From positions 18,897,368 through 18,958,399 of the forward strand of contig NC_068982.1 of NCBI RefSeq assembly GCF_001194135.2: 61,032 nt of DNA, written 5' to 3'. Every line of letters begins with the position of its first letter. Position 1 is the first letter of the stretch. Below are positions 36,510-50,187 of the stretch, one piece after another. Below the pieces are notes generated by a model. It did no database searches. It was given only the letters and a program-made list of their open reading frames with translations, and was not told the DNA's origin. The position numbers were made by a program, and so were the translations under genes. The stretch comes from Octopus bimaculoides. Lineage: Eukaryota.

Positions 36510-38797
36510 CTGAAATTGTCAAAAGAATCCTTATTCTTCAAGTTTGTTTAAGTTGTGAGTGTTGGGAATAAAATGTTTCTGAATATTAAGAACACTCAAA
36601 ATGTTGAATTTGCAATTTCCTTTGCGCAGATTTTGAAACATTTATTTCTAAAGGGGATGTATTTTCATTTGTTTGAAGACATCACTAGTACTATCAAATA
36701 TTTCACATTTCTTAACCTATAGGATACAACTATTTATATGTATAACTAGGTATCTTAAAGTGCATTCTGTTTACTACCACCCCCTAGAGTATTACATTTT
36801 TCTGAATGCATAAGTGCCAACTTAACTATAGCTAAAACAGAAGACGGGGGAAAGTTATAAATATGAGATTCTGAATGACACTCTACAGTAAATTCATGCG
36901 CAAATATTTCGACCCCAACCATTATCCAGCAGGTTCTATTTTATAGGCTCTACACATAAAAAAGTGTAATATAGAATTATATTTATTGTAGTGGTATAAT
37001 TGAAAGAATAGCGTATTTTACATCTAGTTAATCGAAAAAGATAGATTCTTTCTATTATAATTCTAACTTCGAATGTAATATTTATAAGCCCAGTACATTT
37101 TTAGATCCAGTAATTATCAGTCATGTGAATTTTAGCTAAGAATGCATATATGTATGTATGTATGCATGCATGCATGTTTTTATGGAAGCATGTATATTGG
37201 AAGATGAATGCCTATATTCTGCTCCAAAGCAGTTGATTTTTGTTTGTTATGGTGAATGTAACAGGCTACGGGCTATTTTTTGATACAGTCTTGAAAATTG
37301 GTGCTACTGTCTCTTGCAACGTTCTTTGAAATATTCCACCGAATAATACCAAGTGAATATTTCAAACATTGTGAAAGCGGGCAGTATTCGTGAAAAATAT
37401 CATAATCTTCTGATAAATGATGGCGTTGTTGAGTGGATCAGTAAAGGAAATATATAATCAATAATTTGGAACCTCCAGAAGTCTCATCTGACTCAATATA
37501 TTGGAAACCGGACACTAAAATTGTTAACACGGGCATCGTATTTCTGAAGAAATAGATAAAGTCATGTTGGTTTGAAGAATTCTTTTCTGTTCAGTGAATT
37601 GGAAATCTGTATTAAATACTGTTGATCTGAAATGGTGATACATTCTTTTATCTGGAAGAGAAATTTTCTTTTTTACAGCATTTTCGAATTAATCTTGACA
37701 GTTTTCATAGTGTATTAACAAAGGAAATTGAAATGGTTTTGGTCACGCTCTTCTTTCTTATTTTAGTGAAACCACTTCAAAGAGAGCGACAGTTTTGCGT
37801 CGTGATCTTTGACATGAAAATTTATTTTAGGAATAAATGCTGCTACTTGTATTACCGAAAGTCTTTTAAGCAATTATTTATTTGACAGGAAGGAAATCCA
37901 GTTTATAGGATAGTAGATTCTCTTTAGAAAAAAATTTGGCTATACTATATATCAAAAGTTGTATATGAACTAAATTATTTAATGTCTGGTGTGCTTTTCA
38001 ATTTCATCCAACTGCGGTATCATAAAACTAATATAAGTAGGATAAAGCTAAACCTCATTGCATTGATAGCGCATTTCAGTAATCCATCCTTTATTCATTA
38101 GAGGAAAGAATAATAAAAATCAACTGAATAATATTTCAACTCAGAATATATAGAAAAACCTGCATTGCAGTTAGAAAAGCTAATATATTTCGTGCATGTA
38201 AATTATCGATTTTTTCAAAGTAATTTTGCGCACCCACGATGCTAGATGCTTGATGGACTGAAACACAGCTTTAAACCACGACTGTGCAGATAACTGGTAG
38301 TAATTTTGTGGTCATTGAAGCATAAGTCTTATTTGACTGAGCACATAGGCAAGAAGTGCGTGTATATATATATATATATATATNNNNNNNNNNNNNNNNN
38401 NNNNNNNNNNNNNNNNNNNNNNNNNNNNNNNNNNNNNNNNNNNNNNNNNNNNNNNNNNNNNNNNNNNNNNNNNNNNNNNNNNNNNNNNNNNNNNNNNNNN
38501 NNNNNNNNNNNNNNNNNNNNNNNNNNNNNNNNNNNNNNNNNNNNNNNNNNNNNNNNNNNNNNNNNNNNNNNNNNNNNNNNNNNNNNNNNNNNNNNNNNNN
38601 NNNNNNNNNNNNNNNNNNNNNNNNNNNNNNNNNNNNNNNNNNNNNNNNNNNNNNNNNNNNNNNNNNNNNNNNNNNNNNNNNNNNNNNNNNNNNNNNNNNN
38701 NNNNNNNNNNNNNNNNNNNNNNNNNNNNNNNNNNNNNNNNNNNNNNNNNNNNNNNNNNNNNNNNNNNNNNNNNNNNNNNNNNNNNNNNNNNNNNNNN

Positions 38798-38840
<43 letters not shown>

Positions 38841-39285
38841 CCAAATGAATGAAGAAAAAACACAAGACAAATACAACAACGCGAATACGTGATACATGCA
38901 AACTGTTGACATACGCTCAGTGAAGGAAAGAAAGGTAGTTTTACGTTTCGAGCAAAAAATACCCACGAGAAAGTGAAAGAGTGACATTTGCTTTGAAGTT
39001 AGAATAGAAAGTAATATATTGGTATTATAAGTTTAGGTGTTTATTTTTTTAATTTTTAAATTTTTTTAAATTTTATAATTTTTTAAAAGTTTTTTTAATT
39101 TTTAAAATATATTTGTAATTTATGTATTTTATTATATTTTTATTCATAATCTTATTTCTCTATTTTATATAACTTATAATATGTAGTTTTAACTTTGGTC
39201 CGTTAATAATAATAATGATAAGATAAATAGCCTGAGGACGGACTGGTGGACTTATGTATTAGGTATAGCCTTGATAAACACGTAC

Positions 39286-39320
39286 TTTCTATGTGTATCC
39301 CATACAATAAGGTTGTCCTC
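39286..39320 (-). other. Candidate exon (35 nt)
   Basis: Acceptor aactcctatttcag|, donor AGAAA|GTACGT; two open frames (EDNLIVWDTHR or RTTLLYGIHIE). Confidence 0.25.
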
Positions 39321-39408
39321 CTGAAATAGGAGTTGCGGTTCTATAGGTAAAATCCCAGATTTGTAATAATATTATATTATAAATGATACTGTTTACATTG
39401 CATTAGTA

Positions 39409-39494
39409 AAGTGATTCTCAAAGAGGGACCGGTTTCGGATTTAACAAATTCTTACCATTAAAATCCGAAACCGGTCCCTGTTTGAGAATGACTT
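39409..39494. repeat. 86-bp fold-back (34-bp arms, 32/34 identical, 18-nt loop); possible tiny hAT-like MITE
   Basis: aagtgattctcaaagagggaccggtttcggattt ... aaatccgaaaccggtccctgtttgagaatgactt. Ends resemble CAGTGRTTCTCAAA hAT/Charlie-type TIRs; no TSD found. Confidence 0.8.
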
Positions 39495-41022
39495 TTGAGG
39501 TGATTTTAAATGTCTTTCCCGCTCACGTTTTTGGTATGCTGCTATATTTCATGTTGAGAACAATTTAGGTCTTAATAGACACAAGATGTGATTTATTTCT
39601 AGCGCATTAATTGTCCACGTTAGTGGTCGACGTTATTTTTTAAAATGTACCTTAATCCCCTGAGATTGCAGATAATATTTCTGAATCTCTTTGATTCTTT
39701 AGATGTGCTGGCCTCCTGATAATTAATCGATATTAATTAATATATGATTAATTAACTGATTTTATAATAATATTTTACCCATTACCCATGTTCTCATAAT
39801 GAATATATTCGACGCAGTNNNNNNNNNNNNNNNNNNNNNNNNNNNNNNNNNNNNNNNNNNNNNNNNNNNNNNNNNNNNNNNNNNNNNNNNNNNNNNNNNN
39901 NNNNNNNNNNNNNNNNNNNNNNNNNNNNNNNNNNNNNNNNNNNNNNNNNNNNNNNNNNNNNNNNNNNNNNNNNNNNNNNNNNNNNNNNNNNNNNNNNNNN
40001 NNNNNNNNNNNNNNNNNNNNNNNNNNNNNNNNNNNNNNNNNNNNNNNNNNNNNNNNNNNNNNNNNNNNNNNNNNNNNNNNNNNNNNNNNNNNNNNNNNNN
40101 NNNNNNNNNNNNNNNNNNNNNNNNNNNNNNNNNNNNNNNNNNNNNNNNNNNNNNNNNNNNNNNNNNNNNNNNNNNNNNNNNNNNNNNNNNNNNNNNNNNN
40201 NNNNNNNNNNNNNNNNNNNNNNNNNNNNNNNNNNNNNNNNNNNNNNNNNNNNNNNNNNNNNNNNNNNNNNNNNNNNNNNNNNNNNNNNNNNTGTGTGTGT
40301 ACGCGTATACATATACATATATATATGTTTGTTTCTCTACTTCAATATGCAAGTTGTCTATATTATTTCATTGCTTAAAAATTTAAGTGACGACGTTGAA
40401 CAGTCTGAAAAGCTGAGTATGCAATGAATTTGATAGCACTGTTTATCCCGAAGATAACACTTCAACTAAGATCGGAATTCAATAAATTGAGATTGAAATT
40501 GTAATCGTTAAAAAGAAAACCATTGCTTATGAAATAAAAAGTGAAATTTTATTGGAAACATTTCACTGATTACAGTGTACGTAACTTTTTTTTCAATATC
40601 GGTGAGGAACACTGATATTCAAATTACCATTTGCAATATAAATTACTACGAAATATGATTTTCTCGTAAGATAATATTAGATTGTTTTTATTTGGCAATA
40701 TTTGATATTATATGCAAATAATATTTTCGTGTCTGTCAAGATAGATATATATATACATATGCAGAGTAATGCAATAATTTAAAGAAATACACTAGATCTG
40801 TTGATTACTTTCACACAAACCCCAATCGTCTTCCCACTTTGATATGTCCAATATTCATACTAGGGGTGACTTTACAACGTTTGGCCTGTATAACGCACGT
40901 ATATTTACATAGATGCACAGGAACATTCACATACACACACATATATTGTGTGTGCGTGGGCATACATGTGTGTGTGTATATATATATGTATTTGTACATC
41001 TGTATCCATCTCTCTCTCTCTC

Positions 41023-41067
<45 letters not shown>

Positions 41068-41492
41068 NNNNNNNNNNNNNNNNNNNNNNNNNNNNNNNNN
41101 NNNNNNNNNNNNNNNNNNNNNNNNNNNNNNNNNNNNNNNNNNNNNNNNNNNNNNNNNNNNNNNNNNNNNNNNNNNNNNNNNNNNNNNNNNNNNNNNNNNN
41201 NNNNNNNNNNNNNNNNNNNNNNNNNNNNNNNNNNNNNNNNNNNNNNNNNNNNNNNNNNNNNNNNNNNNNNNNNNNNNNNNNNNNNNNNNNNNNNNNNNNN
41301 NNNNNNNNNNNNNNNNNNNNNNNNNNNNNNNNNNNNNNNNNNNNNNNNNNNNNNNNNNNNNNNNNNNNNNNNNNNNNNNNNNNNNNNNNNNNNNNNNNNN
41401 NNNNNNNNNNNNNNNNNNNNNNNNNNNNNNNNNNNNNNNNNNNNNNNNNNNNNNNNNNNNNNNNNNNNNNNNNNNNNNNNNNNNNNNNNNNN

Positions 41493-41523
<31 letters not shown>

Positions 41524-42203
41524 GTGTGTGTGTAAGCTCGATTTGGGAGTATTTGAATGTTGCGTAGACAACTGCATATATAGTAATAGGAATAAAACGA
41601 ATTAGTATGTTGGGTTATTATAATTCAGGTTTCTCGGCCGTATCTCTTCAGGAGAGGGATATAGTTAGGTAATATGACCCTAGACATAATAGCAACTTAT
41701 TATTTCATGAAGGGAGTATAAACATATAAGGAGTTATCAACAAGGAATATACAATTTTGAGTTGAAGTCAGCGACCCATTAACTTCCATAGTCAACCAAA
41801 CTATTCCATACGTGCTTTACATGAGGCATTGCTAAATATTTTGTTTCCTTCTCTAGGACAGGTGACATTCAATGGAGGGGAAGTTTATTTTTAGGAGACT
41901 AGGGTTAACTACACATCGTGACATATTTTTATTAAGGTTTGTTTGTGAAATTTCAACAAATCTTATGCTGAGGAAGATATACATGCATATATGCATACAT
42001 ACATACATACATACATACATACATACATACATACATACGTGCATACGTGCATATATACATGCACGTATATGTATACATGTCTGTGTGTGAATATGTGTAT
42101 GTGTGTGCGTGTGCATGTGTTCTTCCTTGTGTTTGTGTGTATGTATGTAAGCATGTATTTATCCATCTACACATACATATATATATATATAGAGAGAGAG
42201 AGG

Positions 42204-42244
<41 letters not shown>

Positions 42245-42250
42245 CATACA

Positions 42251-42281
<31 letters not shown>

Positions 42282-42927
42282 TATATGCACATGTGTATTC
42301 AGAAGACAGGATTTATGTCATATTGATTGAAATACACTCTTAGTAAAATGTTTTTTTTAATTATTTTTTGAAACCACATCTTTAATGACAAGAACACAAT
42401 ATATTTCGATGCATACCTTTCTGGATGTTTTTATATTAATCTGCCTCGAAGTCTTCTATGTAGAAAACACGACAATTGATTCTAAAATTCTGAGATATAA
42501 AATCTTTATTTTTGTGATATGTAGTGGTTTCAATTTTCATCTTCCTTATTAGACAAACATTTTCATTCGTCGCATCATTCCAAGAAATTGTCATACGACA
42601 GACTTACTTCATACAAAGTTAAAAGCAATATATGCACAACCAAATTTACATGCACACAAACACATATGTCCACCTGTCATAGTCAACAGTGCTTTCACCT
42701 ATTGAAGCAACCTGGCAGAGATTTCAGAGCATTGTCCTTTATGCATATTTAAAACATGCCTCAGCAAGACCGACGAGCAGACACAGGAAGATCCCTCGAG
42801 GGAAAAACAACAACCATCGTCACATTCGAGAGACTTATTAAAATTCAACGAATTTACATACTAACAACAACAATTGCAACGACTTTATAAAAACTAAGTG
42901 ACGTGCTTCAAAGACAGATTACTCATT

Positions 42928-43154
42928 TATTCTTTTACTTGTTTCAGTCATTTGACTGCGGCCATGCTGGAGCATCGCCTTTAGTTGAACAAAGCGACTC
43001 CGGGACTTATTCTATCGGTCTAATACTTATTCCATCGTTAATTTTGCCGAACCACTAAGTTACGGGGATGTAAACGCACTAGCATCGGTTGTCAAGCGAC
43101 GGTGGGGGACAAACACAGACAAACAAACACACACACACACTCACACACACACAC

Positions 43155-43211
<57 letters not shown>

Positions 43212-43346
43212 NNNNNNNNNNNNNNNNNNNNNNNNNNNNNNNNNNNNNNNNNNNNNNNNNNNNNNNNNNNNNNNNNNNNNNNNNNNNNNNNNNNNNNNNN
43301 NNNNNNNNNNNNNNNNNNNNNNNNNNNNNNNNNNNNNNNNNNNNNN

Positions 43347-43383
<37 letters not shown>

Positions 43384-43535
43384 CGACAGGCTTCGTTCCG
43401 TTTCCGTCTACCAAATCCACTCAAGGCTTTGGTCACCCCAAGGCTATAGTAGAAGACACTTGTCCACGCAGTGGGACTGTACTTGGAACCATGTGGTTGG
43501 TAAGCAAGCAACTTACCACACAGTCACTCCTGTGA
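42928..43535 (-). mobile_element. SINE family B copy with internal (CA)n/gap/(AT)n
   Basis: Reverse complement matches the head and 3' half of 25764-26135. Confidence 0.92.
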
Positions 43536-43699
43536 ATGTTCCTCATGCAACAGATACATCTGCGGAGTTATTTCCACGTTAGAGTGTATAGAATCATGTT
43601 AGATGTAATTATATCTACATATGTTACAATCAACTTTATTAATTCATTCCCGGTTAATACACATATACACATATACATACACACACGAACATAACCACG

Positions 43700-43820
43700 T
43701 ACGTACTCGAACATTTTTCTCTCCTGCGGACTTGTCCTTGCTCCTTATCTGACGAAGACCCATGCTCGAATCGTTGTACACCTACAAGTTTTCCATCTTA
43801 CACTAAGTGTGAAGCTAATA
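43700..43820 (+). repeat. Possible second Penelope-like pLTR remnant with a degenerate hammerhead-like core
   Basis: ctgacga-agacccatgctc-gaat-cgttgta at 43749-43778. Stem II is imperfect, GAAA is changed to GAAT and stem I does not pair. Confidence 0.3.
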
Positions 43821-44509
43821 CTGGTTCAAATATGTTTCACACACACGCACACACACACACACACACACACACTTGCACACATTTATATACATTTACGTTC
43901 ACGTGCGATGCAAAGACTCGGAGTAAACAAATTTAATACGGGATCAAATATGCTTCAGATACATTTTATCTCGTAAATATATTTTCACTGCAGCTCGTTA
44001 TGAAAAAATGGTGTGAAATTGTATTCAACTCCGATCGCCACTCTATTGGACTAAAGGTGCATATATTTCAATCTTTAACTTCTCTTCAGTGCCAGATACC
44101 AAAGGAAATGCATCTCTGAATTGACTTCTTAACGCGCCTTCTTATAAGACAGCAACGCATTACGACTGCCAGGACAGAATACATTCGAGAGTAGATATGC
44201 AAATAAGTAGCTGAGAGTGCACAAACTTAAGACCGGTTCAAATATGTTTGAGAAATATTTGAAACCACAAGAAGCTTTTCGCGGTAGTTTGTCACGAAGA
44301 AACTTTTCTCGGTTTTGATGTAAAACTCATTAGACATTTCAGAGCGCTCCCCTTTTGTACTTTGGATTTTAGGTCTCATGAGACCAAACACCAAGAGAGG
44401 CATAAATCTGGACTGACAGAGGTGAGGGTCTTCAATTATGAGAAATTAAATACAGGCAGACAGACAAACACACCTCCAGGTCTGTGAGCTTCGTGAATGC
44501 AGCTTCTGA

Positions 44510-44960
44510 TCCACTAATGATTCTTTCGATCTACACCCATTGTCATGCCATCATAATAATGCTGGGCGCCTTCCACGCCATGCTGTTCTTAAGAAAATCG
44601 GAACGCATGGCTTCGACGCTGTGCTAGACCGAGGGGACCGATGCTATCATTTTTTCCTCTTCCGCGCCGGATGGCTCCTCATCTGGGATGTCACATGTTC
44701 GTGACATCTCTCCACTGGGAACTTGTTGTGTTCAGCTACGTGCATAGGCTCTACTGCTCATCACACTGATAATAGCAGACTGTCAAAGTATCAGTAGCTC
44801 TCTGACATGTTTATGGTCGATCCTGTGGCAAGACGTTCGGCGTTCATGACTCCTAGACGTACCTGCTAACCGCAGAGGCGGAGATGGCTATCGACAAGTG
44901 AAATTGCTGTGAGTCAGGGTGGCTGCTCTAATACGCGTCCCTCGCCATCATTCAGAGCAA
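44510..44960 (+). mobile_element. CRE-like (RLE) non-LTR retrotransposon C-terminal remnant
   Basis: DLHPLSCHHNNAGRLPRHAVLK..LDRGD..GWLLIWDVTCS*..GNLLCSA..GSTAH....LSKYQ*LSD matches the H.LSC...GR..RH..LN / W..G..L.WD.TC / K..KY..L pattern, with internal deletions (RPDG motif missing). GC-rich island. Confidence 0.65.
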
Positions 44961-45904
44961 CGCTTTTTCTGTTTTGTCTGCTGAGATCATGAGGCGGTCT
45001 AAGTAACAGAAAATTTAGAGAATATAAGAATTTTGTAGCTAACTACACGAACAGTAAACTTATATAGCTTCGGCTAAAAGATAATTTCCTCAAATCTAAT
45101 CATCTGCTTTAAAATCCTGAATGTAACTACTCTTATTAAATGGTGGAGTCAATGTCAGTGAATTATATAAGAGTTCTTATTACAAACGTGTGAATTTACT
45201 ATGCTGTTGTGTACCCCAGGTCATCGATGATGAAAAAGGTGTAGTAGGATTCCTCTGAGGTCTGCATATCTTTTATTTAATAGTTCAAACTAATTTGGCT
45301 GTCAACTGTTAGAGAATTGAGAGGTTAGTGAGAAGGTTGACGGTAAGTGAACGAGAAAGAGAGAGACGAGAAAGAGAAAAACAACAGAGAACCATAAATA
45401 GAAAGTGATGAATACTTTACCGCATTTTTTATTAACTTAATCCAAATTACAGACAAGTATATATAGAATGAAACAGAAAAAATTCATTAGTCCTTAGCTT
45501 TCTGAGAAGTTTGTCAAGTACACAGTAAAACATGTATTTTTTACAATTATGTCGAGTAGATACTTAAGATTTTAACACGTCGAAGTTGGTACGGTTGATG
45601 ATAATGATAATTCGGCACCCGTTGCTAACATTGGATGTTAATGATCAAAATCTTCTGTTGTCTGTATGGTGGAAGCTGAGTTATTTTTCCAATTTATTAA
45701 GGGAAATACAGAAGACAGAAGGAAAAGCGGAAGGAGAATATATGCGAGATTGTAAGACAGAATCAAACAAATATTGTAATATATATATATATATATATAN
45801 NNNNNNNNNNNNNNNNNNNNNNNNNNNNNNNNNNNNNNNNNNNNNNNNNNNNNNNNNNNNNNNNNNNNNNNNNNNNNNNNNNNNNNNNNNNNNNNNNNNN
45901 NNNN

Positions 45905-45946
<42 letters not shown>

Positions 45947-46737
45947 TACGGGAATGACTGTATGAGACACTGGAAGAGATAGTTAAAAAAAGGAAACAAA
46001 AAGTAATTTAAATAAATGCTATTGGCTGCATTTGACATTATTCTACACGTGCATTGTTGATCCACGCAAGCGTAGTCGCTCATAATAATCTTCTTTCTCT
46101 TCCAATTTGGTATCATATTTTAACGACTTTTTCTCTTACTTCTAGTTACTTTATCATGTTTCATTTTTTAACAATTACAGGTTTCTCACTATCATAAAAA
46201 TAACTGTCAGTAAATATTGTTGAAATACGTTAATCCTTGTTGATTTACTGAACATGTGTTGGATATAAGGATAGGCAAATGACAGGCAACACTTTGTGAA
46301 GTATTTGCTGTCATTTATGGAATGATATCCGCCTGGAATCAAATTCATATGTCATCTTTGAATAAATAAAATCAGGTCAAAGAAGATTTGAGTTAATTAA
46401 ATTCTAATCGACTACAGAGCCGTTCGATTCGACTACGCGTACGCGTATATATATATATATATATATATATAGTTTTTGGGGAAAGAACCAAAGTTCATGA
46501 ACTCATCGATGAAAATACACTGTCACATATAGGAAAATTAATAAGTAAAAGCACAATAAATAAGTGTAATATAATACAAAGTAAATATCATAAGATAATG
46601 AAAATAAAACGACTACACGTGTTTCATAACCAAATTTTCAAATAGAAAAAAAATATTTAAATCGATTAAAAGTATCGAAAATCAATTCTATTCAAAATTA
46701 TGGCTAATCTTCAGGTCAAATACAACAATAATAATAC

Positions 46738-48490
46738 TCTTTCATTACTCTTGTGTATGGTACTGATGCAACTCTCAATCGAAATGAAGAACACCAGCTA
46801 TTGGTTCAAAGTTTACAATACTACAATAAAACATCTGTTTTATATGGACTATCTGAAGCTGTTTATAGAAATGACGAAGAACAAGTAGGTATGGTAACAG
46901 CTGTTAAAGATTTCAGCAATGGCATTGGGATGTATTTTGGCCTTGATAATGAACTAAAACAACTTTTGTAAGAGGTAAGCTCAGACAAACAGCTTCCATT
47001 AAATTAGATACCGACGCTACCCATCAAGGAGCTTGACCCAAAAGAAAATTATAAATACTAGAGGATAAACGAAGAAGGTGATATTCAACATCTTACTATG
47101 AAGAAAATAATAAGGAATAATACAGTGGAATACGACATACCCTAAAAACTGATCCTAACTCCAAAAATCGCATCGGAGCCATTAACATCCTGGCACTTCC
47201 AGTAGTATAATATAGTTTTAACATCATTAACTGAAATCTTAGAGACCTCCAAAGTCTAGACAGGAAGACAAAAAATCTACTAACATCTAAGAAGATGCAC
47301 CACATAAAAGTAGACGTTGATCGTCTGTACCTACCTAGACGTAATGGGGTAAGAGCAAATGATGCAGGTATAACAGTGTTATGGACCTCCACAATAACAA
47401 TGGACATATACTTATCTAGTACAGAGGACTGGATGCTGCGGCTTGTGTGAAAACACGAAAGCAGCAAAATATCACATTCTATTGTTAGGAAGCTTGAAAA
47501 TTCGCAAGAGAACTTGGCAATAACCCACAATTAAGTGAAGAACCTGGAACCACCGCCGAAAAAAAATAACAATAAACGGATCAAACAGACTGCAAAAGAG
47601 ATTGGGCAGAAACAAATTGAGGAGTGGTGGAACTAGAAGCCTCTGCATGGACAGTATATACTTCGAAATCGGATTGCTGATGTAGAGCAGGCAACAACCT
47701 ATGGGTGGATGAGGAATTGAGGACTGAAAACAGAGAATGAAGGTTTCATTTTGGCGGAACAAGATCCAAGCTTGTTTACAAAAGTCTACCAGGCTAACGT
47801 TCTTCAAAACGGTTAATGGTGATTCTGCGACACAATTGACGAAACAATAGACCATCTTGTCTCAAGTTGCCTTGTGTTGATACCAAACGAATATAAGAAT
47901 CCCCGCGATAAGGTAGGACAGTATTTACATTGGAAAATATGCAAACAATACAAAATCAGCACTCCTGCTTACTAGTATGGACAACATCTTGAGCCGGTCG
48001 TTGAAGGTAAAAATGTCACTAACATCTGGGATTTTCCAGTCAACACTAACAGAACGATCTAGGCTAATCGACCAGACACAATTATTAAAAGACGGAAGAC
48101 AATACTTGTAGACTAATAGATGTAAGTGTTCCCACGGATAAAAAATATGTGAAATACAAAGGATTTGACATCTTAAAGCGAGAACTGTTCCTCTTCTTAT
48201 TGTTGCTCTAGGTATGATAAAAAAGGGGATGTTATAATCACCTAGATAAAATCTCAGGAGAACCATGTCTCAGAGAATTTCAAAACAGTGCGTTGACAAG
48301 TACTACCCACATCGTTAGAAAAACAATATCAATTTGTATTACATGAAGATATTTCGCTAATGCTCTTGCCATTGCCACTTTCTAGGCTCTGTAACATCTC
48401 TTATCTTTCACTGTACCATCTCTTATCTTTCACTAACCCTAGTACACTGCATCTCTCTTGGCAAATGATTGTAACACACATGAAAATCAA
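46738..48490 (+). mobile_element. R4/Dong-like LINE copy 1; 5'-truncated and decayed (RT C-half, CCHC finger, RLE)
   Basis: IKHLFYMDYLKL (YMDD), FSNGIGMYFGLD, ENYKY, PLHGQY, GLKTENEGFILA, FCDTIDETIDHLVSSC, KVGQYLHWKICKQY, IWDFPVNTNRTI*ANRPD. Begins right after aacaataataata. Confidence 0.9.
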
Positions 48491-49126
48491 AAGTGAATGA
48501 AAAGGATAGAGCATGGAAATGGTACGAACATGAACCAGAAAGAGTTACCGAGAACAATTATTATAAGATACTGTGGAATTTTACAATCCATTGTGAATCC
48601 ATAATCGAAGTTCGGACACCAGATATTGTGGTGGTAGATGAAAGAAGAAAGGAAACTAGGATTATAGATACTGCGATTAAAGATATTGCTGGGCATGCAC
48701 ACATAAGTGAAAAAGAACTAGAAATCATAGAAAGGTAAATAATACTAACAGACGAAATTGTAAGAATGTGGACTATGAGGAGAGTGTTTGTCACCCCTGT
48801 ACTTGTAGGCGTACTTTCAGCACTAATAACAAATTTCGACAAATATGTCAGAGAAATCGGAATTGATATGAGAGTAGACGAAGCCTTGAAACTGCTCTGC
48901 TGAGGAAAGTTACGATTTTGAGATTGGTACATGGGTGATGAATGTCATCCACGATAGTTAACAACCGATTATAAAAGCTTATAATGTGGAGAAAAAGCAC
49001 CTGTGATACCTCTGACAAGAGGCTTCTGTGCTCTCTCAGAATCAACCAGAGCAAACAAGACCGAGCGTTCTCAGTAGCAATACAATAATAATAGTAGTAA
49101 TAACAATAATGATAATAATAATAATA
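48491..49126 (+). mobile_element. R4/Dong-like LINE copy 2 (different subfamily): RLE 3' fragment with (AAT)n tail
   Basis: AWKWYEHEPERVTENNYYKILWNFTIHCESIIEVRTPDIVVVD..KELEIIER*..EIVRMW..VTPVLVGVL; 3' UTR; (AAT)n-like tail 49081-49126. Confidence 0.88.
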
Positions 49127-50144
49127 CCGATCTTGAGATTAACAAATCAATAATCTTTGTAAAATATCTTCCATTTAAATGCATAATTCGGCGGAGTTTA
49201 GCGAAGATTACATAAACAGCAATCTCTGCAAAAATATTTTGCTATGGATACACGTGATAGTTTAATAAATCGATGACTTCAAGCACGTTAAAGTAGTTGA
49301 TGCAAATGAAGAAATCAGAACTGCGGCCGTTTTGTTTGTAAGAAGACAGTAATATATGGAAACTACGTTATAATGGTTGTAGAATGATGGAAATTTCAGC
49401 TGAGATATATCAGAAGTAAGAAGAACGCGTGGACACATTCTAGTGGAGAGGACGACAGAAATGTAAAAGCGATGAAATATAAACGGTTCATCCAGATATG
49501 GAACACAGGAGAGCAAAGAACATTGTTTATATACAACGACACGACTGCAAAACTTTAGCAATGTAACATGTACTGACATTAATAAAATAATCACTATTTT
49601 GAGATATACATCGGTGATATTATATATTATATATTCTATACACATTCTCTACAGGCAATTCTTATATGGTATGTTCCAGAAAAAAACATGTACAATATGT
49701 CGGAAAACATTTGAAATATTCGTCATACCTAAATTTTATTTCAAATTTGTAGGAAGGAAAATGGATGTATAACCGTCTAAGTTTCACTTGACTATTTAGT
49801 ATCAATCATCAAAGAGCTACAAAGCAATAATCATGCAAAAACCAAAAAAAAAAGAAAAAGTAAAACCTTTCTTTCACAACTTTGCAAATTATCTTTGTCA
49901 CATATATATATGATTTGTATCTATATGTTTCGGTTCGATTAAAGCATCACTCACAGCTTCGTAATTTGGGCAACATATACGCACGTACATCCACACATAC
50001 GTACATCCACACACGTACGCAAGCATACACACGCCACTGGACACACATACATACACACGTACACACACACAAATATATATATGTGTGTGTATGTGTGTAT
50101 GTGAGTATGCTTATGCATATATATAAAGAGAGAAAAGTAGCCAA

Positions 50145-50187
50145 GTAGATAGATAGATTGATAGAAAGATAGATAGATAGATAGATA
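50145..50187. repeat. (GATA)n array at the 3' junction of the Tx1-type element
   Basis: Seen directly. Confidence 0.9.

Noticed and set aside
49262-49645. 127-aa minus-strand ORF
   Set aside because: No motif, no splice support, and no recognisable family on either strand.
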